From Amoebophrya sp. A120 (Eukaryota; Protista; Dinoflagellata), in contig CAJINV010000017.1 of NCBI GenBank assembly GCA_905178155.1, positions 1,658,269 through 1,722,268 on the forward strand: a stretch of DNA of 64,000 bases, read 5' to 3'. Position numbers and translations under genes: made by a program. Numbering within the stretch: the stretch's first letter is position 1; each line of letters starts with the position of its first letter. Below are positions 1 to 11,706 of this stretch, one piece after another. The notes under the pieces are model-generated. The model saw nothing but the letters and a program-made list of their open reading frames with translations, did not search any database and was not told the DNA's origin.

Positions 1-139
1 GTGAGTCACCTTTTTTCGACAATGTCAATGCTTCAGATCCCGCAGTATGGGTATGTATGTCAAGTCGTTGTTGCACTTGCAGTGATCACCTTGTCCGTTA
101 CGACTACTTACCACGTCTACCATTTACTCATCACTCCAG

Positions 140-1925
140 GTAACCGACGGCGCAGAGATCTGCACTGCTCTGAAGAGCTCCGCAACGGTCGAGTGCGTGT
201 GTGAAAACGAGAAGATGCGAATCCGCCGAAAGGACGGCAAGAAAACCCTGCCGAAGTTGGAGCCGCGCCCGGCCAAGGGCAAGGGAAAGGGGAAGGGAAA
301 GGGCCAGCAGGTGCAGGACACCACAAACATCATTGACACCATGCAGTTCGAAAAAGACATCTTCAGATCTGGCCCGGTTTTGAGGTAAAATCTATAATGA
401 AGTTGGTGATAACATCTTAATCTTTCACACTACGTTGAGCATGAAACAACAACTATTGGACCTTTTATAATTGCTGCACCTGCATACTCAGCATACGCTA
501 AGACTCAGAGTAAGCTTTCCTAAATCCTATCCCCCCAAGAACTACTAGAAGCAGCTCCACCGGACACAATTCAATCCCGAAAAAACAGAATCACCGACCT
601 TCCGGAGGGTATGCAGTGGAACGAGGTGAAGGGCGCTTTTTTGACGTACGTGAAAGAAAACAAGGACAACAAGGACTGTGCCTTCAGTCAGGCGAAGGTC
701 ACGGGCCAGCACGGCGGCAAGGTGATGTCCGTTTCTAAGGTGTTGAGGGAGGCGGACAACGGGAAGGCCATCGGGGTCATCAGCAAGGACGACACGACGG
801 CGGGCCCGAGAACCGTCTACGTCATGATCTCCGGGTTCCCGGGGGACATTTCGTATTTCAAAAACAACATGACGGAAATCAAAATCGAATTCAGAAAGAA
901 GGAGGGGGAAGAAGCGAAAGGTACAACTTCGTGAACACTTTTGTCAGAAATGGAAATGTGCTAGTCGTGCATCTAAGAGTCTTCTTTTGGCATTCTTGCT
1001 TTTCGATTTCGATATATGCAAATCATCGTCAGGCGCTAGTTATTCACGCACCAGTTTCTGAGCTGCTGCGAACAAAGTTCACAAAAGTCATGTGTTGGGG
1101 TGGAAACCCTTAAGCGTTCCATGAACTACATAAAAGAAACCCCCTATTAAAAAATCCAAACCAGACCCGATCATCCGTCCGATCCAAGTGGTGACGGACA
1201 TCAAGCCGCTGAACAGCCTGTTTGAGAACCCGGAGGTGATGAATAAGGAGCAGAAGGAGCGCCGCAAGCGCGTGGCCCACGAGCGCAGCAAGCAGCAGCG
1301 CGAGAAGGGCGAGGGCAAGATTGTCGTGGGAAATGTGATGACCTTCGAGAACCTGCAGAAGCTGAAGGCCCACGTCCGCCAGATTCAGCAGGCCCGGAAG
1401 GACGGGGACGTGCTGGATAGCACCAAGAAGGACTTCAAGCTCATCGCCACCCTGCTGGACGCGCACCCGCGCGGCAAGGCCAAGAAGGAAAACATGTCGG
1501 GGCTGAAGATCGACATCTCCGAGCAGGGCAACAACCGCTGCTTCTGGGTCATGAAAAAGGACGGCTCCAAGGAAGATTTTTCCATGATCAAAATCTACGA
1601 CGAGCTGGAACGGAACGTGAAACTCCTGGCCGACGCAAAAGCCCCGGTTATGGAGGCGGAGGAACAAGCACCTGCTGGTTCCAGCTCTGCAGCTTCGGCT
1701 CCTGCGGAGGTCGTCGCAAAGGAAGGCGAACACAAGGAGGCCGCAGCAGCTGTTGTCAAAATTACGGAGGAAGGTGAAGCTGCTGCTGCTGCACCGACTC
1801 CCGCTGCTCCGGCCGCAGAAGAGGCGAAGAAGCCCGAGGAGGAAAAGGCTGCTGTTGTTGATGCTCCGAAGAAAGAAAAGGCTGACGAAAAAGATGCGGA
1901 AATGAAGCCGGCGGGAGCTGCTTAA
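140..1925 (+). CDS. La-motif RNA-binding protein with RRM-like and C-terminal DUF3223 (DCL) domain; 5'-partial; exons 140-384, 589-920, 1165-1925
   Basis: GT-AG introns 1-139, 385-588 and 921-1164 join the frames (VLR|ITDLPEGMQW; AK|DPIIRP). ALKSSATVECVCENEKMRIRRKDGKKTLP resembles the end of a La motif. LLDAHPRGKAK...NNRCFWVMKKDGSKEDFS is the DUF3223 signature. Confidence 0.8.
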
Positions 1926-3357
1926 AAAGTCTTTTTCCGCTGTACATGACGAACAAGTGAAATACTTCCTAGACGACTGAAGGAAATCCCTCGACTTGCA
2001 CACAGTTTCCAAGAACCTGTTGCTTCTGAAACTACTTGATGCGCGCTTCTTTCAGACTTTCTCTTTGCACTCTGCCTTTCGCGACTTCTTTATCGCAACA
2101 AGAACAAAGAACAAATGATAACTCAACATCCCATATAACGAACGCATTTTTTCACGTTATTTGAAAACGTATGTATCTCAAACTCAATCTACCTATTGTA
2201 ATGATCGCAACCTCTAGAGCTGATGGTGACCACGCATCTAGAATGTAGCGAAACTGAGCCAGCGATGACATTTTGTCGCTGCGGCTTCTGGGAAGCGGTA
2301 GACGAAGATTGTACAACTGCGTGTTACAACACCACTACCACCGATGGCACTACTACATGTACATCTTCGAACAAGATGAGGAGCAAGCAAGTTCTTCACA
2401 CAGCGAATCTTAGTTTAATGCCTGGAACTGAAAATAGTGCAAGTACAAAATGAATCGCGCGCAATTTTTTCACGTGCCGTGAATGACTTCACTACATAAA
2501 GGAAAAAACAATGTTGAGATGATGCCTCGGTGGTTTTTTCCTCGAGGCGCAGACGACGACTCGATGTCATTGGACACAACGCCGTGTCCTTCGTGATCAT
2601 CTGTTCTGGAGGTAATAGCTTCTGGTATAGCTATTGGGAACGCGAAGGGGTAATCGTAATTGATATACAGAAGAGCACAAATGCTCTTTTTCTGAGCCGT
2701 GCCTGTCATCGACGCAAGAAAAAAAAAACGACCAAGATCAACATCCGGGTGCACTTACTTTTTTTTCCTTTGATTGCGAAGGAGCAGGCACGGCCATGCG
2801 GATCTATCTGAGTTGTCAGCAGCTTTCTATGCGTTAACGATGATCAAGTATTCCATGAAGATACTCAAACCCCTGTTGCTGCCTAGTTCTACTACCTAGT
2901 ACTCTTCTCGTATACGAGTTTTAGGATCCTGTAATAGGCTAGCGTTGCAAATAGATACAACCAAAACTACATTAAGTATGTACCTGTTCAGAAGTTCTCT
3001 TCTTCATGGCGAGTGTATATCATTCCAAAGGCAAAGCGGTACTTTGTTTCAGGTCGTGTTTTTTGTTTCTTGAAAATTGGTACCTTGGTTTCGCGCTTTT
3101 ACGGTAGTTATTTGGAAAAATGTATACAGGGTCAATGTGGCCCGTATTATTGATCCAGAAAGAGAAAGAACTCAAACTTCATCTATTGATTGTTTGATCG
3201 TTGGAGAGTGGTATCTTCACGAAGAGATGAAATCAGAACTACGAGAAAACAATCTCACGCTGTTGATCTGCTCTGCATTTTTTAGTTATTGTACAGTTTA
3301 GAAGATGCATATGTAATTTTTGTAAAATTTTTGTTTACTCAAAGAACTGAAGTTGTC

Positions 3358-6300
3358 ATGGTGTGGGTTGCAGCTGCAGGCGTGACAGCACTAAGAAGTG
3401 GACGGAGAAGGAGTTCTTCTTCCGGCACCAGCCCGATGATGATTTCAAAATCTAAATCATCTTCATTCCCGCTGCTCATCTTGCTTCTCGTCTCCCTCCA
3501 CAGCCTGTTTCCCGCAACCACCTGCTTTGCGAAGCTACTGCGGGCGGGGTGGCCCCCCGTTGCGGGGGGCCACCGAGGCTGGGGGACAGCAGGACCTTCT
3601 ACAGGAGACCCGAGTAGATCCTACTACGGCGATGCAATGTACCCGCGCCCGGGCGATCCACCTTATCATGGGGTAGCTGGTACAGCAAGAGCTCCTGCAC
3701 GCGCCCCGCCGCAGCGGCAGATGCGGGACCCTTATGCACGAACATCGCAAGCACCTGCGTCGAGCTTTAATTACGCGCCACTCAACTCACCACAAGGACA
3801 AGTCCAGCAGGGTGCGTCCTCCGCCCAGCAACCAACATCCGGTGGCTCTTCTACTTCTTTCCTGAGCTCTTTGTTCGGCACGGGAGGAAGAACATCTTCG
3901 TCAAGTGGAGCTCCAGCAGCTTCGATCTCTGTGGCCCAACGCCTGCGGCAATTCGTCCAAGGCCCGCCGATTTTGCAGGACGGGCTGAAGAAACCGCTTC
4001 TGGCGGCAGAGGTGCGGAAGCTGCACGAGTCCCGCGCCCAGTATTGCTGCTGCTTCAGCCGGCGCCAGCAGTGCTGCTCTGCGTCGCGGCGGGACCGGTG
4101 CCGTACCGACTGCGATTGCAGCTGCGATTGCGGTGGGGGCGGGTACGGGTGGAACTACGGGAACGACTACTGGTCGGGCTACCAAATGGGGGTCCTGAAC
4201 GGCCTCGACTCCCACAGCGGGCACGTGAGCCCCGAGGGCACCTTCACGCGTGATTTTTGCTGTGGCCCCTGCTACAACTGGGGCTACCAGGACGGGAAGA
4301 CGTTTGGCGTATGAAAGCCTCAGGTTGGAAGTCCTCAAAGTGGAAATGATAGATAAATTTGCAATGCAATGAAACGACTCCAGTTGAAGCGCCATTTCTG
4401 GTGTGCGCATGACAAATTTCCCCGGCACTCAAAGCATGTCAGTCTGTCATGCTAGTCAGGGCAAAGGGGTACCCTTCTCTCGTGCTAATCAGCAGCCTAA
4501 TTCTGAACCCCTAGAAGCACAATGGTCGGACTCCATTGCGTCCTCTGCCATACAGTCTTTTACTTTTTCTTTGGTGTCGCATTTCATACATCGCAAATTC
4601 TTTCCACTTTGAGAGTTTTCATTCTGCGGCTTTCATACGGCGCGCAGCTGGCAGACAGCGTCGACCGGCACCCGGGTGCGTATTACGGCGATGGGCTGCA
4701 TCATGGTTACTTGGCACCATTCGACGGTGGACCCAGCGGAGCGGGAGCAGGAAGTACACCTATTAACACGCCGTACAGTTCTTGCGGGGATCCGCAGGTA
4801 GACCACGTCGTCCGCGCCCATGAAACCATCATGCACGGGGGCGACGGGGGGGCTGGTCTAGGGCACCACCTCCACCACGCCGCGCAGCACATGTCGGGTT
4901 CGGGACCCCCGGAAAACCTGCATGGAGACAGCTGCTGTCCGTGCGCCAGCGGCGGCACCCACGATATTTGCATATGCAGTGGACACAAGAAGCAGCGCAC
5001 TACGTTGTATAAACCGCATCTCATCTTCACAAATTTTGGGGAGAACCTTGTGATTTAAAAACGTTGATTCAGTAGTTGACACAGACAACGATATAAGTAA
5101 GTAAGTAATCATGACTGCGATTCATACGAGTGCGACAGCGATCCTTTTGCACTGCATAGTGCACCCTGCCAGGCGACAGCTGTTGCACCAACGACAACGG
5201 CAAGATCGACGGGTGTCATTTTTGCTGCACGCACCGCCCGCCGGGCGACAACGACCCGCAGTGCTGCGGCCTGGTCCAGCCGGATCTGCACCACGAACAG
5301 TGCCACAAGTGCTGCTGCATCGACGGGCAGAATGAGGTGAACCCCTGTGCTTGCTGTTTGCAGACGCAGGGCGAGGGGGCGGACCAGTTTCAGCAATGCG
5401 ACATGTGTTGCTGCGTGCGCTTCTGCTGCCACACCGAGAGCAACCACCTCGCCTGCTGCAATCCCGGGGGCTGCTGCGGCGAGTGCGGCAACCTGGACCC
5501 CCAGCACGGAGAGATTTGCTGTCACGGGTGCGGGAACTGCGACAACCTCAAGTGTGACAACTGTTGCCCAAGCGGTGGAGGCGGCGGCAGTGGGGAGGAG
5601 GCTTGCGCTCTATGTGCTTTTTGCGGAGCTGCACTAGCTTTCGTCGCCATGCTGCTGCTGATGACGATGACGGCAGCTGCGGGCTTCGTCTACTCGGGTC
5701 TCATGTTTTTCCCGCTCGCGGCAAAAAAGTTCATCATCCTGGTCTTATACACGAGCACCACGGGCGTTTTGCTCGACCCGGTCCCCATGCGGCAGCCGGT
5801 GGCCATGCTGATGCTGCCGGAGCCGCATTCCATGACGTCCGGCCTTGTTCCATCCGGCCTCACCGACGCGGAAATCTACGATACAAACAGCGTGAACGCC
5901 TTTAACGAGACGGCCCCCACCCCGTTGGCGGAGGAACTTGCCGAGGCCTATGCCGACGTGAGAGCCATCCCGATCGACCTGCACGCGGTGCAGGTGAACT
6001 CCGACGGCCACGTGCTGCGCGTCTTTCGGGTGCGAGAAGACACCTACGTCCCCGACGCGCGGCAGTCGTGGCGCCGCGCCGGTGCGTACGAGGCCCCGGT
6101 GGTCCTGCTTCCCGGCGTGAACTTGTGGAGCTGGCGCCGCATATGGCGTTCTCAACTGTTACATTCTCAACTGTTACATGAATTTGTAATGCAAGAATGG
6201 CAAAAATGATAGGGGAGATCGTGCGCGCCTTGCATGACAGATTTTGCGCCGATCATCACTGAGAATTTGTCATGCGAAGCAGCTTGATAGTGTCGATTCT

Positions 6301-6869
6301 GAAGGCTATTTTGCTGCCGCACCCCCCCGGGCTTTAGTCGCGCAGTCTGTTAAGCATGACAAATCATGTAACAGTTGAGAATGTAACAGTTGAGAACGCC
6401 ATACCGCATCAAGTGGTTTTCGGACGCCGTCGCGTCCACCCTGTGGCCCTACCAGGCGGGGTATCGGTTTCTGGCGAAGGGCACCCTGATTGCCCTCAAA
6501 CCCGTGCCCCGGGGACACGGACCGGAGTGCAACCTGGACGAGACGCCCGCGGCCGTCGTCATGGGGCAGCACGAAAAGTGGCACGACCCCTTTCTGAAGG
6601 TGGTTCCCTTCCCGGGCTTGGGCGACAGCGACGCCGCGACAAACAAGCAGCACGACTGGTGGCCTATTAACATCTCCAAATTTCCGCGCGACGCCTATAC
6701 ACATCCGGTAGCAAGGTTGATGATGATGATGAATCTAGTAGGGTGTTGCATATGCACTGCCACCTGTGTAGTCGTGCTTCGGCTTTACATCTTCAAACGA
6801 ACACTCTCTCCGCAACTTCCATCACCTGCCTCCTGGCACCGTGCCTCTCTCCGAGGAAGGAGATTATAA
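3358..6869 (+). CDS. Cys-rich secreted/membrane protein of unknown function with three TIR introns; 3' end uncertain
   Basis: ORFs 3289, 4522, 5337 and 6390 fuse in frame after removing 4309-4638, 4972-5159 and 6141-6404. Hydrophobic N-terminal segment (FPLLILLLVSLHSLF), CC-rich middle, TM segments (ALAFVAMLLLMTMTAAAGFVYSGLMFF). Possible further donor near 6707. Confidence 0.65.
4309..4638 (+). mobile_element. TIR introner (GT...AC), TSD GGC
   Basis: GTATGAAAGCC...CTCAAAGTGGAAA pairs with TTTCCACTTTGAG...GGCTTTCATAC. GGC on both flanks. Frame restored (KTFG|AQLAD). Confidence 0.9.
4972..5159 (+). mobile_element. TIR introner (AT...AG), TSD TGC
   Basis: ATATGCAGTG...CACTGCATAG with TGC flanks; joins DIC to CTLPGDSCC. 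Confidence 0.8.
6141..6404 (+). mobile_element. TIR introner (AT...AC), TSD CGC
   Basis: ~40-bp near-perfect TIR TATGGCG(TTCTCAACTGTTACA)x2; CGC flanks; joins WRR to RIKWF. Confidence 0.92.
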
Positions 6870-7014
6870 AATGAAGACGTTGTCCAAATTATAGAGAGAG
6901 CAAGTAGACCACGTAAGTAATGTTCATGGAACAACCATCTCCACATCTAGTATCCCACTGCCACATATTCAACAGGATCTCCAGCCCTACGACGGACCGA
7001 TGCCACCCAAAATT

Positions 7015-7599
7015 GCACCAAGCACGCCCCGGGGGCGAGGAGTGGATCGGTGGGGCCTTGGTGCTGCGACTCGAGGCACCAAGCCAAGTCCCGCTGCCGG
7101 GACGGAGGGCGCGAGAGGCGAATGGGACCGCGGTGCCGCGACTCACGGCACCAAGCACGCCCCGCTGCTTGAGGCGGGTGGGACCTTGGTGCCGCGACTC
7201 TCACACTCGAGGCCGGGGCATTGGGTGGAGAGCGACTGGGGGCGCCCACCTGCGACCAACGGATCCAGCGCCCCGGGCCGGGGCGTTGGATGGGGGTCGA
7301 GGCTGGCCAGCAGGCCTTGGAGGATCCAGAGGCCCTGGCTGAGGCGTTGTTTGGTGGTTGCGGCTGTCCACCTGCCATCGGCGGATCTAGCGCCCTGGGC
7401 CGGGGAGTGGGATAGGGGCCGGCCCGAGGTTGGCCAGCAGGTCGAAGAGGGCTTATCCAGCGACCCGGGCCGAGGCGTTGGATGGGGATCAAGGTTCCGG
7501 GTGGTCCGGTTCCGGGTGGTCCCGTTCCGGGTGGTCTGGTTCTGGGTGGTCCGGGACCTATCCACAAGAGCGCCCGGGCTCCGCCCGGGCCAGCCTTGT
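7015..7599 (+). repeat. GC-rich repetitive element ending in hairpin GCCCGGGC-TCC-GCCCGGGC then CAGCCTTG|T (Helitron-like 3' end, tentative)
   Basis: Internal repeats (GGTGCCGCGACTC; CCGGGCCGGGGCGTTGGATGGGG; 15-bp GGTTCCGGGTGGTCC tandem). Inverted homologues at 19275-19397 and ~30800-30985. Confidence 0.55.
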
Positions 7600-10500
7600 A
7601 CTTATATGAATGAAGATCAAGATCTTGTCCAAATTATAGGGAGAGAAAAAAGTAGACCATATTCATGGAACCATCTCCACAACTGGTATCCCCCCACTAT
7701 AACATTGTCAGGATCTCCAGCCCTACGACGGACCGATGCCACCCAAAATTCGGACCTCCGCAAGACACCTCAACCGGCCTGAGTCTAGCGCTATGGCCGG
7801 CATTGGTGGCCTTCGCGGTTGGGCGCCAGAATTAGAGCGCATTACGCTGGGCTGTGTTTTACCCTGGTTCCGGTTTTTCTCTTACGCTTGGTTTCAGTGT
7901 GTTTTGCCCCAGTGCCTCTCTGACATTCTCCGCCCGGCTCTCTTTCTGGCGGCGGCGCTTTCGTTCTGCTTGGAGCCTCACGCGCCGTTTGAGTGCGGCG
8001 AGCCCCGATGCGTTGACGGCCAGCCAAAGGTCTTGGATTTGCATCCGAGCAACCACGAGGGCAAGTGCCGGCCTCCCGGGAAATAGCCTTTGGGGGTCGT
8101 CCTTGGGGGTTCAAGAATGGGGTATCCGACATTTTGCTCCGATGCATTTTTATCCATCGTGATTCGCTTCAGAAAAAAACGCATCGGAGCAGTTTTTGTC
8201 GAGGTTCTTGTTAGATGTATATGGACAACATTGGATCTCGTCCAATCTGCTCTGATGGAGACAGGGATGCGTTTTTCGGATCGAAGCCCTGGGCCTTGAG
8301 TGCCTTTGGACCGCTAACAACCTGAAGAGGTCCATCAGGGCAACTCGCGCGAGCCTGGGGGCATTGCTCTCAACTTTGGTGACGAAATCGAGGAAAACAT
8401 CGCCCAGATCCCTGATCCGGAAAACGCATCCGTGTCTCCGTCCGAGCAAAATGCATCACCAGCAAACTTGCTCCGCTACGGTTTTCTTTTATGGAGGCAC
8501 GGGTGTGCTTTTCGGATCAGAGATTCGAGCAAGCAAAGTAGCGAACTTGCTCTAGTGCCTTCTTTACTGCTTCGCCCTTTGTAAGACGGCTTGGTCTCTC
8601 TCCAAATGCATCAGAGCAGCCTCGTGTCTGATATCAGTGCGCGCGCCAATGTCGTCACGGCGGGTAGGTTTTTCGCTCTGTGTGGCCCTGATGCGGAGAG
8701 GCGGGGAATTGCATCGGAGCAAACTTCCAAAAACCTGCTGCAGCAACCCCTTCCGAGGCCTTTTTCGTGCTTATCAGCCCAAGCAGGTCAAATTGTCTTC
8801 GAGCTCCTACATTTTGCGCAGATGCTGGCGCGGATGAAAATTTTGCACCTTTAACACATCTCCAACAGGATCTCCAGCCCTACGACGGACCGACGCCACC
8901 CAAAATACGGCTATTTTCTGTACTTTGGCACCTCCAAGTTGAAGAAAAAGGCTGCGCTGTATGTTTTGCTGCAAAAAGTACTCAAGACCGGCGCCCCCGC
9001 CCTGCTGGCGGGGGTTGGCCGGCGTGGGAGAGAGCACGAAGCGCCCGGAAAAGGGAAAAGAGGCCTTTTCCTGAAACTTGGCGGCCCGAAGTTGCAGAAA
9101 AAGGCCTCCAAATGATTGCCGCGAGCAAGTGCGCGCACTTGGTCCGGCTTGGCTTCTTTGGCTCGGGCGATGCTTCCTCGCTGTTGTTGGGCGCGCAGCT
9201 GGGCGCGCGGTTGGGTGCAAGCCGGCTTCTTGGCTGCGATAGCTGCGAAGAAACGAAAAGCCGAGCTTTTTCTGCAACTTGGCGGCCCCAACTTGTTGAA
9301 AAAGCCTGTCAGACGAAACCTGTTGAAAAAGACCGCTGCGCCTTTTGCTGTTGCCTGGCCAAAGGGGCCCGGTGACCTTCCGCCCTAGGCCCCCCCTCGC
9401 ATTTTTGCCTGGCCGCTGACTGAGGCCTTTTCTGGCAACTTGCGGCTGGGAACTTTTCCAATTTGCGCGTCTTCTTTTTGTGTTTCTTGATGTGGGCTCT
9501 GGAGCCAAACGAAACACTTCGAAAGCGCCACTCCCTATCGAAGCCTGGCGTCCCATGGCCATGGTAGTGGACATTTTGAGCGCGTTTCAGAAGCCACCCA
9601 GTTGCTGGGCCGATTTCACTCCGACATCTCCACATCTATTATCCCACTGCCACATCTTCAACAGGATCTCCAGCCCTACGACGGACCGATGCCACCCAAA
9701 ATTTTAGGCAGAGTAAAGGAAACCATATTCATAGAACCATGTCCACATCTAGTAATATCTAGCACAGGCGGTCGCTCCGCGACCGCCGGGGAGGTATGGA
9801 GTAGACAAGGAAACGATGGGCCCGATTTCCTACTAGGAAGGTTGCTGCAGTCGCGGGGAAGGGCGGGGCAGCAGGCGGTAGGCGTCCAAGCGAATTTATC
9901 CAAGGGCTCCGGCGCTCACTAGAGCCTCACACCCCACGTCCCCGGAACGACCTCGGAAGCGGGTGGGCGGCGGGCCTTCTGGGCTGTTTGCAATTTGCGA
10001 GCACCCCCCGGGTGGGCGAGCTAGTAATATGTGCATTTTGCTGGATACCCCCGGGAAAGTGGCCGCGGCCTAAAAAGCCCTACCTACGCAAAGGGGCGGG
10101 GCAGCCATGCCCAACGGGCCACCCTCCCACCGCGAAGGGAGTGGGCGCCCGCGATGCACATGAGAGGCGAGCGGGGCTGGAGAAAAGGGGCGGCCTGCCC
10201 TTCTGAAAGGCAGGGATACCCGCGCGCGCCAGGGGGGAGCCGGCCCCCTGAGTCCAAGGAAAGAAACACCAGGCGCAGCGCCACCCCGGGCCCCTGTGGC
10301 GCAGCCAGTATTACTCTGGCCCCCTGCCTCTGCGCCTCCGCTGCCAGCGCCACGAGCCGCGCACACAATTGCAACAACGCGCACCGCGCCTCCACTGCCG
10401 CAAGGGGCAGCGTACGCCCCTCCTGGACCGCCCTCCCTTTTGCAAAGCGTCCCACACCGCCCCCCGCACCCCACACCGCCCGAGACCACGGCGGCGGCCT

Positions 10501-10677
10501 GCCCGCTGCGAGTTTCTCCGCAAGGGGCAAGGGATGCCGACAACACGCACAAGCGGCGCGCCGTAGGCTCACAGCGAGCCGCTTTAGCGGGACAAGAAGC
10601 GCTCTGGGAGAGCTTGTTTCGGAGCACCTCGGCGTTCGCAGGGTCGTTCCGCGCTTTGGCTTTTGCCCAGTTTTCTC

Positions 10678-10846
10678 CTAGTACGCGCTCTACTAGTACG
10701 CGCTCTACTAGTACGCGCTCTACTAGTAACCCGTCCCCGTTTTACTAGTAGAATTTTTGCTCCCTTGTCCCGATAAACTTACTAGTAACGTTTTTTACTA
10801 GTAAGAATTTGCGGGCTTTCGTTACTAGTAAGATTTTTACTAGTAG
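10678..10846. repeat. Cluster of palindromic TACTAGTA octamers (8 full, 1 partial)
   Basis: Three 15-bp tandem units (TACGCGCTCTACTAG) followed by five more TTACTAGTA copies. Confidence 0.85.
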
Positions 10847-11706
10847 AAATCTGGCCATGCGTCAATCGATTTTCTTGCCGTATAGTATATAGGGTATTGT
10901 ATCCCACTACGACATTTTCAGGATCTCCAACCCTACGACGGACCGATGCCACCCAAAATTGCGGCCGGCACGCAATTCGGGGCGATTTCGCCCGAGAAGA
11001 TCGACCTCATCAAGTGCCGCAACAGTTGGGAGACGGGCCCGACGAGGTGCGCGTTGCCGGCGTGGAAGCTGCCGACAGACAGCAAGCTTTTTAACCAGCA
11101 GCACCGGCTGCAGGCTCGCGAGGCAGGAATGAGCTTCCCTTCCGAGCTACGTCCAGGAAAAAAACTTGCTAGATATGTTTTTCTTTTTACTCGTCTACCC
11201 CCGCCGTAGACCATACGAGACAACACAGCGTACGGCTACGCTTGTACTCATGCCCGACACCGACCTACGGTCGTCGCCCCTTAATTTCGCGATACTAACT
11301 ACAAACGCCTTCACATCATGCATGTTTCCCAAGAATAAATATGCCAGTCGAAAGAAGTTAGTAGGTACTATGCACAACTTAGAAGTAAAGAAGTTTAGGT
11401 TATTTTCTTGGATACCAGCAGGGGGGAGAAATGACACAGGCGGAATGGGAAAAGATGCCCAAGGAAGTTGCCGATGGGGAAAATAGTCTACCGCTGTCTA
11501 CCATTTGCGTCAAGATCGCAGGTACTTAAATAGAAGCATGCCCTCTTTTCTTTTGGTCTCTTTATTTTTGATGCGTTTTCTTTTACAACAGGAAGTCCAT
11601 ATTAATTTGTTTCGAGCACTCCCACTCGCACTCCTCTCCATGAGCGCGATTCAGCACAAGGTGAAATTTTTCCAATTCCAACCAATACCATTATTATTGA
11701 TAGTAG

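Larger units (their letters stand above)
6973..10960 (+). repeat. Array of five ~42-bp direct repeats CAGGATCTCCAGCCCTACGACGGACCGATGCCACCCAAAAT(T), starting at 6973, 7709, 8866, 9662, 10919
   Basis: Copies are near-identical (1-2 substitutions). Fixed right end, variable-length upstream homology, unrelated segments between copies. Confidence 0.9.

Noticed and set aside
1110-2012. 300-aa minus-strand ORF and similar antisense ORFs (25425-26318, 33008-33826, 42356-43183)
   Set aside because: Antisense shadows of real GC3-rich exons.
6973-7014. Minus-strand AATTTTGG resembling an Sm site (snRNA or SL RNA gene array)
   Set aside because: The sequence 5' of the motif differs in every copy, and no U1/U2/U4/U5 or spliced-leader sequence is recognisable.
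6889-10748. Many overlapping 100-260 aa ORFs on both strands
   Set aside because: By-products of GC-rich repeats; Pro/Arg/Gly-rich with no domain or splice support.
6973-10960. CRISPR array interpretation of the 42-bp repeats (also the 41-bp repeats at 45176-47506)
   Set aside because: Spacers are 0.7-1.3 kb and irregular, no cas genes are present, and the context is eukaryotic.
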